From positions 192,001-256,000 of the forward strand of contig JANNXA010000050.1 of assembly GCA_031409275.1 (NCBI GenBank): a stretch of DNA of 64,000 nt, given 5' to 3'. Below the pieces are notes generated by a model. That model worked only from the letters and a program-made list of their open reading frames with translations, was not told the DNA's origin and did no database searches. The translations under genes and the position numbers were made by a program. The DNA comes from Planctomycetota bacterium (GTDB lineage: Bacteria > Planctomycetota > B15-G4 > SIAN01). Every line of letters begins with the position of its first letter. Position 1 is the first letter of the stretch. Below are positions 57,996 through 64,000 of the stretch, in pieces.

Positions 57996-58736
57996 TCAGC
58001 TCGCGCCCAGCTTGCGCGCGATGCGATGGTTCAGCTGCACCAACGCGTGCTGCAAGATCTGTGACACGCGCGACTCGGTGATGTCGAGCACGCGACCGAT
58101 GTCCCGCAGCAGCAACCCCGCGTGGTAGTACAGCAACACGACCTCCTTCTCCCGGCGCGGCAACGTGTCGATCGCCGCCGCGAGCAGCTCCTTGGCCTCG
58201 TTGATCTCGGCGACCCGCGCGGGATCGTCGGCGTCGGCGCTCGCGAACGACTCCGGATTCACTCCCGTCGAGGCTTCGCCAAGCCCGCGCTGATAGGAGT
58301 CGGAAAGGGCGCGCGAGCGCAGCACGTCCTCGAGCTCGGGCGCCGTGAGGCCGAGCTCTTCCTGGATCTCCAGGAAGTTCGGCTCGCGGCCGGTGCGCTC
58401 GGTCAACTTCGAACGCGCCTCTTCGAGCGCGCGCACGCCATCGCGGCGACCGCGCGGCAGCACGTCGAGTCGGCGCAGTTCGTCGAGCACCGCGCCCTGG
58501 ATCGCGATGTACGCGAAGGTCCGAAACGACGCGCCGCGCGTCGGGTCGTAGTTCTTCGCCGCGTTCAGCAACCCGAGGATGCCGACCTCCTCGAGATCCT
58601 CGCGTCCGACGTTCGGGGGCAGTTGGACGGCGAGGCGGCCGACCACGCGCCGCACCAGCGGCAGGTGGCTCTTCACCAGCGCCTCGGCCGAGTCCGGGTT
58701 GCCGGCGCGATAGGCATCAAGCAGATCCATGCTCAT
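57996..58736 (-). CDS. fliA: Flagellar sigma factor FliA (sigma28)
   Basis: HLPLVRRV, IQGAVLDELRRLD, LDITESRVSQI; start ATG 58736. Confidence 0.93.
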   Translation of the reverse strand: MSMDLLDAYRAGNPDSAEALVKSHLPLVRRVVGRLAVQLPPNVGREDLEEVGILGLLNAAKNYDPTRGASFRTFAYIAIQGAVLDELRRLDVLPRGRRDGVRALEEARSKLTERTGREPNFLEIQEELGLTAPELEDVLRSRALSDSYQRGLGEASTGVNPESFASADADDPARVAEINEAKELLAAAIDTLPRREKEVVLLYYHAGLLLRDIGRVLDITESRVSQILQHALVQLNHRIARKLGAS

Positions 58737-59068
58737 CGACGCGCCTCCGCCAGAGCCGATCCGGGTGCGACGGAGGCGGCCGATCGCGCGGCGGGCTGCG
58801 GCGATGGCTCGCGAGCGCCGTTCGCCACGCTCGCGGCGCTCGAGGTCCCTTCCGCCACGCCCGCGCCTCCATCCCAGCGTTCGCTGATGCGGTCCAGCAC
58901 GATTCGCTCCAGGACGAACCCGATCGCGGCGCCCGCGAGCGCACCGAAGAGCGCTGCGAATCCGGCCGAGTAGAGGCGCGAGCGCGGCGCGTGATGGCAC
59001 CACACTCCCACCAACCAGGCGCCGGCGAAGGCGACCATCGCGAGCAAGGCGGCAACGCGACGCGTCAT
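58733..59068 (-). CDS. Small two-TM hypothetical protein between flhA and fliA
   Basis: Two hydrophobic segments; ATGA overlaps at both ends. Confidence 0.65.
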   Translation of the reverse strand: MTRRVAALLAMVAFAGAWLVGVWCHHAPRSRLYSAGFAALFGALAGAAIGFVLERIVLDRISERWDGGAGVAEGTSSAASVANGAREPSPQPAARSAASVAPGSALAEARR

Positions 59069-61236
59069 GCGACGGCCCTCCCTGGCGCTTCGGCCAGCGT
59101 CACCACCGCCACCGGCTCGACCTTGCGCGCCGCCGCAGCCTCGGCGTAGGAGAGGACCACCGCGCGCGGCGCCACGCTCTTCAGCAGGTCACGCAGGAAC
59201 GTGCGCGCCTCGGCTCGCACCAGCACCACCGACTCCTGGCCTCGTTCGGAGAGCTTGCGCACTTCCGCGAGGATCTTGTCGAGCGCGACGCGCACGACGT
59301 TGGCGCCGTCGCCACCATCCTGGTTGCGCGCCACGTCGACCAACGTGCGTTCGAGCGTCGGATCGAGCGTGACGACCGAGAGCTTCCCGTTCTCGTCGAG
59401 GTAGGGCTCGACGACGTTGCGGGCGAGCCGGCGGCGAGCCAGCTCGGCGAGCGCGTCGGGATCCTTGGTCTGCCCGACCGATTCGGAGACGACCTCGAGG
59501 ATCGCCGAGAGGTTCTTGATCGACACGCGTTCGGCCAGCAACGCGCGCAGCACGCGATGGAGATCGCCGTAGGAGAGCTGGTTCGGGATCAAGTCGTCGA
59601 CGACGGCAGGCGAGTCCCGGCGCACGTTCTCGACCAGCGTCTTCACGTCGTCGCGCGTCAGCATCAGCGACGACTGCTCGCGGATCGACTCCGAGAGATG
59701 CGTGACCAGGACCGAGACCGGCTCGACGACGGTGTAACCGGCGAGTTCCGCCTCGGTGCGGCGCGCCTCGTCGATCCACAGCGCCGGCAGCCCGAACGTC
59801 GGCTCGCGCGTCGCCTCGCCGGGGAATCCCGGCTTGCCCTTGCCGGGATTCATCGCCAGCAGCATCCCGGGACGCAGCTCGCCGGCCGCGACCACCTGGC
59901 CGCGCACCAGGATGCGGTAGGCGCCGGCGGCCAGCTTCACGTTGTCGGTGACGCGGATCGGCGGGACGATCACGCCCATCTCGCCGGCGAAGCGCTTGCG
60001 CACCTGCGAGATGTGGGCCAGCAGGCCGCCGGCGCGATTCTTCTCCACGAGGTGGAGCAGGCGATAGCCGAGCTCCACGTTCATCGCATCGATCTTGAGC
60101 AGGCGCTCGAGCTCGGCGCCCTGCTCCTCGACCGCGCCGGCAGCGGCGTCGGCCTCGGAATCGTCGGCGAGCGGCACCGCGCGGCGCATGCGCGCCACCG
60201 CGATCAGCACCGCGGAGAGCACCGCAAAGGGCAGCAGCGGCAGCCCGGGCGCGAGTCCGATCACGCCGACGATCACGCCGGCCATCATCACGCCGCGCTT
60301 CTGCTCGGTGACCTGCAGCGCGAGCTGATCGCCGAGGTTCGACTCGATGCTCGCCTTGGTGACGATGATCGCGCCGGCGGTGGCGACGATCAGCGCCGGG
60401 ATCTGCGCGACGAGGCCGTCGCCGATCGACAGGATCGAGTAGGTCTTGAACGCCTGGCTCACGTCCATGCCGCGCATCAACGCGACGCAGATGCCGCCGA
60501 CGAGGTTCACGCCGGTGATGATGAGCCCGGCCACCGCGTCGCCGCGCACGAACTTGCTGGCGCCGTCCATCGCGCCGTGGAACTCCGCTTCGCGCGACAC
60601 CTCGTTGCGCCGCGCCTTCGCCTCTTCCGGCGTGATGGTCCCGTTGTTGAGCTCGGCGTCGATCGCCATCTGCTTGCCAGGCATCGCGTCGAGGGTGAAG
60701 CGAGCGGCGACTTCCGAGATGCGTCCGGCGCCCTTGGTGATGACGACGAACTGGATCACCACCAGGATGAGGAAGATCACCACGCCGACGACGAGGTTGC
60801 CGCCGACCACGAACTCGCCGAACGACTGGATCACCTCGCCCGCGTGGCCATGCAGCAGGATCAGGCGGGTGCTGGCGACGTTCAGCGCCAGCCGGAACAG
60901 CGCGCTGAACAGCAGCAACGTCGGGAAGGTCGAGAGTTCGAGTGGCTTGCCGCTCGCCAGCACCAGCAGCAGCATGAGGATGCTGCTCGCGAGGTTGACG
61001 ACCAGCAGCAGGTCGAGCAGCCAGGTCGGCAGCGGCACCAGCAGGATCATCAACAGGCCGACGAGCCCGACGGCGAGACCGACATCCGCGTTGCGGAAGA
61101 CCGGGGCCGCGGGCGGCGGCGCTTTCCAGACCGCGGCGGGTGCCGGACCGCGCTTCGACGCGGACGTCGATGCCGCGGCGCCGTTGGCAGCGCCGAGGCT
61201 GATCGGGGCAGTGGCGCTGGGAGCAGCGGCAGCCAT
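59065..61236 (-). CDS. flhA: Flagellar export protein FlhA
   Basis: EVAARFTLDAMPGKQMAIDAE, GAMDGASKFVRGDA. Confidence 0.97.
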   Translation of the reverse strand: MAAAAPSATAPISLGAANGAAASTSASKRGPAPAAVWKAPPPAAPVFRNADVGLAVGLVGLLMILLVPLPTWLLDLLLVVNLASSILMLLLVLASGKPLELSTFPTLLLFSALFRLALNVASTRLILLHGHAGEVIQSFGEFVVGGNLVVGVVIFLILVVIQFVVITKGAGRISEVAARFTLDAMPGKQMAIDAELNNGTITPEEAKARRNEVSREAEFHGAMDGASKFVRGDAVAGLIITGVNLVGGICVALMRGMDVSQAFKTYSILSIGDGLVAQIPALIVATAGAIIVTKASIESNLGDQLALQVTEQKRGVMMAGVIVGVIGLAPGLPLLPFAVLSAVLIAVARMRRAVPLADDSEADAAAGAVEEQGAELERLLKIDAMNVELGYRLLHLVEKNRAGGLLAHISQVRKRFAGEMGVIVPPIRVTDNVKLAAGAYRILVRGQVVAAGELRPGMLLAMNPGKGKPGFPGEATREPTFGLPALWIDEARRTEAELAGYTVVEPVSVLVTHLSESIREQSSLMLTRDDVKTLVENVRRDSPAVVDDLIPNQLSYGDLHRVLRALLAERVSIKNLSAILEVVSESVGQTKDPDALAELARRRLARNVVEPYLDENGKLSVVTLDPTLERTLVDVARNQDGGDGANVVRVALDKILAEVRKLSERGQESVVLVRAEARTFLRDLLKSVAPRAVVLSYAEAAAARKVEPVAVVTLAEAPGRAVA

Positions 61237-61239
61237 CGA

Positions 61240-62361
61240 CTACTTCTTCCCCGCCGCGGCCGCGCGGGCCGTCGGCGTCAGGCGCTGCTTGCGCTGCTCG
61301 CGCAGGCGCCAGACGAGGGCGAGCACGCTCGCGACCGCGCGGAACAGCGACTCCGGGACGAGGTCGCCGACCGCCACTTCACGGAACAACGCGCGCGCCA
61401 GCGGCGGCTGCTCGATCACGGTCACGCCGGCGTCGCGGGCGATGCGACGGATCTCCTGCGCCACGGCATCGGCGCCCTTCGCCACCACGCGCGGCGCCGA
61501 GGAGCGCCCCTCGATGTACTCGAGCGCGACGGCGAAGTGCGTCGGGTTGGTGACGATGACCGTCGCTTCGCTCACGGCCTGGCGCAGCGGCTTCTCGACG
61601 ATCGCACGCATGCGCTCCTTCATCTTGCGCTTGATCTGCGGATCGCCGTCCTCGTTCTTCGATTCGTCGCGCACCTGCTGCTTGGTCATGCGCAGGTCGC
61701 GGTTGTGCTGCCAGCGCTGATAGAGGTAGTCGCAGCAGCCCAGCACGACGAGCGCGGCGCAGACGCGCAGGAAGATGTCGAGCAGGAGCTTGCCCAGCAG
61801 CGGCGCCGACTGCTCGAAGGCCAGCGAGGAGTAGTCGGCGATCTCGTTGAGACGCCCGCGCAACGCCGACGCCAGGAGGCCGACCACCAGCGCCGTCTTG
61901 AGCAGCGTGCCGGCCACCTTGGAGTAGCCCTTCAGGCTGAAGATCTTGGCGAAGCCCTGCACCGGATTCAGGCGCGCGAAGTCGAGCGTGACGGCGTCGC
62001 GCGCCACGAAGAAGCCGCCCGCCTGGACGAAGTGGAGCGCGACGGAGACGGCGGCGGCGGTGCCGAGGAAGGGCAGCACCCAGCGCAACGAGATCAGCAG
62101 CTGGCCGCGCAGCATCGACGTCGCCGCCGACAGCGTCGTGGGGGGCTCGTTGAGGCTGCGGATCGCGGTGACGATGCCGACGCGAAAGGAGTCGAGCAGC
62201 GCCGGCCCGGAGCTCACCAGCACGGCAGCAGTTCCAAGCAGGACCAGCGCCGTGGAGAGGTCGGTGCTGCGCGCGAAGTTGCCGCGCTCATGCGCATCAC
62301 CGCGCTTCTTCGCGGTGGCTTCCTCGGTGCGATCGCTCTTGTCCTGGAGTTCCTCGGCCAC
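61240..62361 (-). CDS. flhB: Flagellar export protein FlhB
   Basis: RTEEAT, DGDPQIK, NPTH autocleavage motif. Confidence 0.96.
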   Translation of the reverse strand: MAEELQDKSDRTEEATAKKRGDAHERGNFARSTDLSTALVLLGTAAVLVSSGPALLDSFRVGIVTAIRSLNEPPTTLSAATSMLRGQLLISLRWVLPFLGTAAAVSVALHFVQAGGFFVARDAVTLDFARLNPVQGFAKIFSLKGYSKVAGTLLKTALVVGLLASALRGRLNEIADYSSLAFEQSAPLLGKLLLDIFLRVCAALVVLGCCDYLYQRWQHNRDLRMTKQQVRDESKNEDGDPQIKRKMKERMRAIVEKPLRQAVSEATVIVTNPTHFAVALEYIEGRSSAPRVVAKGADAVAQEIRRIARDAGVTVIEQPPLARALFREVAVGDLVPESLFRAVASVLALVWRLREQRKQRLTPTARAAAAGKK

Positions 62362-62362
62362 G

Positions 62363-63121
62363 TCACGCCCCCACGAGCTTGAGGAGGCTGCCGCGCAGCA
62401 CGGCGATCAGCCGCAGGCCCGGACCGAGCGTGAAGGGGAAGAGCGTGATCGCGGCCGCGAGCGCCGAGAGGAGCCGCAACGGATAGCCGAACGTCATCAC
62501 GTGCAGCTCGGGCACGGCGCGCGAAAGGAGCGCGAGCGAGAGGCTCCCGACCATCAGCACCGCCAGCAGCGGCGACGCGATCATCACCGCGAAGCGCAGC
62601 AGGACGCCGATCGAGTCGGCGAGGCTCGCGAGACCCGATGGCAGGTCGTGGCCGCCGATCGGGAACGAAGCGAACGACGCGTGCAGCGCGCGAATGACGT
62701 CGTGGTGGCCGTTCGCGGCGAGGTAGACCAGCAGCAGCCCGGTCTCGTAGACGCGCGCCGGCGCCGTCGACGCGATGCGCGTCATCGGATCGACGTCCTC
62801 GGCCATCTTGAGGCCGAGCTCTTCCGCGATGAGGTCGCCTGCCAGCGCCGGCGCCGAGAGCAGCACTCGGCAGAGGAATCCCATGGCGAGCCCGATCACG
62901 AGCTCGCGGCCCGCCGCCAGCACCAGGCCGGTCGTCGTCTCCGGCATCGAGCCCGTCGGCACGCCCGCCAGCACCGCGCCGAGCACCAGCGACAGCAGCA
63001 CGCGCAAGATGCCCGGCACGCTCTCGCCGCCGGCCACCGGCAAGAGCAGCAGCACCATGCCGGCGCGCAACGCGCCGAGCACGATGCAGATGATCGCCTC
63101 GAGGGGGAGACCGAGCGTCAC
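62363..63121 (-). CDS. fliR: Flagellar export protein FliR
   Basis: ELVIGLAMG, NGHH...SF..FP, RAVPELH; GTG start 63121. Confidence 0.9.
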   Translation of the reverse strand: MTLGLPLEAIICIVLGALRAGMVLLLLPVAGGESVPGILRVLLSLVLGAVLAGVPTGSMPETTTGLVLAAGRELVIGLAMGFLCRVLLSAPALAGDLIAEELGLKMAEDVDPMTRIASTAPARVYETGLLLVYLAANGHHDVIRALHASFASFPIGGHDLPSGLASLADSIGVLLRFAVMIASPLLAVLMVGSLSLALLSRAVPELHVMTFGYPLRLLSALAAAITLFPFTLGPGLRLIAVLRGSLLKLVGA

Positions 63122-63393
63122 GCGCCGCCTCCCAGCCGCCCGAGGCTCATCAGGATGCGCGTGGTGAACTCGACGAACTGGCGCAGGATCCACGGCAGCA
63201 GCACGAACAGCGCCGCCACCAGCGTCAGCAGCTTCGGGATCATCGCGACCGTCTGCTCCTGCAAGCTCGTCAGCGCCTGCAGCAACGCGACCACGACGCC
63301 CACCACCAGGCTCACGCCGAGGATCGGCGCAGCGATCAGCAGTGCTTCGAGCAGCACCTCGCGCGACAACGCGATGGCGGTGTTGGTATCCAC
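63118..63393 (-). CDS. fliQ: Flagellar export protein FliQ
   Basis: QALTSLQEQT..IPK. Confidence 0.95.
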   Translation of the reverse strand: MDTNTAIALSREVLLEALLIAAPILGVSLVVGVVVALLQALTSLQEQTVAMIPKLLTLVAALFVLLPWILRQFVEFTTRILMSLGRLGGGA

Positions 63394-63394
63394 G

Positions 63395-64000
63395 TCAGGT
63401 CGCCAACCCGCGCCAGATCTGCTGGATCACCAACCCCCACCCATCGACCAGCACGAACAGCAGGATCTTGAGCGGCGTCGCGATCAGCATCGGCGGGAGC
63501 ATGTACATGCCCATCGCCAGCAGGATGCTCGACACGACGAGGTCGATGACGAGGAACGGGAGGTAGAGCACGAAGCCCATCTGGAAGGCGGTGCGCAGCT
63601 CGGAAACGATGAAGGCCGGCACCGCGACGGTCAGCGGCATGTCGGTCGGCCCCTCGACCGGCTCGGTCTCCGTCAGCTCCATGAAGAGCGCGAGGTCCTG
63701 TTCGCGAGCGTGGGCGAGGAGGAAGCGCTTGAGCTCGCCGCTCGCCGCGTCGGCCGCCTCGGCGAACGCCATGCGCCCCGCGAGGTAGGGCTCGATCGCC
63801 TTGGCGTGGATCGCCTTCCCGGTCGGAGCCATCACGGCACCGGTGAGGAAGAGCGCCATGCCGATCAGCACCGGATTGGGCGGCAGCTCGGGCGTCGACA
63901 TCGCGCGCCGCACGAACGACATGACGATGATCACCCGCGAGAAGCAGGTGACGGTCAGCAGCAGCGGCGGCAGCAACGACAGGAACGTGAGGAGGACGAC
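63395..64000 (-). CDS. fliP: Flagellar export protein FliP (5' truncated by window)
   Basis: PPNPVL, PAFIVSELRTAFQMGF, LFVLVDGW. Confidence 0.95.
   Translation of the reverse strand, partial: VVLLTFLSLLPPLLLTVTCFSRVIIVMSFVRRAMSTPELPPNPVLIGMALFLTGAVMAPTGKAIHAKAIEPYLAGRMAFAEAADAASGELKRFLLAHAREQDLALFMELTETEPVEGPTDMPLTVAVPAFIVSELRTAFQMGFVLYLPFLVIDLVVSSILLAMGMYMLPPMLIATPLKILLFVLVDGWGLVIQQIWRGLAT

Overview
High-GC bacterial window. Planctomycetota is likely, inferred from FlgL/FlgK insertions, a non-lipobox FlgH and a YdjY-type protein; this is not proven. 1-13.8 kb: AI-2E transporter, a 1005-aa YfhO/GT-C-like membrane protein with an extra beta-helix-like C-terminal region, a divergent methyltransferase-GT2-epimerase-aminotransferase-MFS-phosphatase operon, glutaryl-CoA dehydrogenase and a YdjY/HEAT protein. 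13.8-64 kb: a large flagellar cluster in two convergent halves. Plus half: three TPR genes, FleS/FleR-like pair, flgBC fliEFGHIJ, MotE-like gene, fliLMN. Minus half: fliPQR flhBA, orphan, fliA, three orphans, fliC, fliK flgDE, glycosyltransferases, flgFGAHIJNKL; flgM lies within it on the plus strand. Between the halves sits an MFS / ChrR-like anti-sigma / ECF sigma / DUF4198 / DUF4331 module and a pair of ~110-bp covarying palindromic repeats. Main observations: (i) a ~76-aa domain shared by FlgE and FlgK; (ii) orphan TPR proteins and lipoproteins that may form an undescribed motor scaffold; (iii) a degenerate C-ring with no CheY-binding motif, and no mot, che, flhF/G or fliD/S genes in the window; (iv) sigma54 promoters paired with a GGAA-N5-TTCC palindrome; (v) a flagellar glycosylation set that includes a probable pseudo-enzyme. 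No rRNA, tRNA, CRISPR array or transposase was seen. Several starts were moved by hand from the ORF track.
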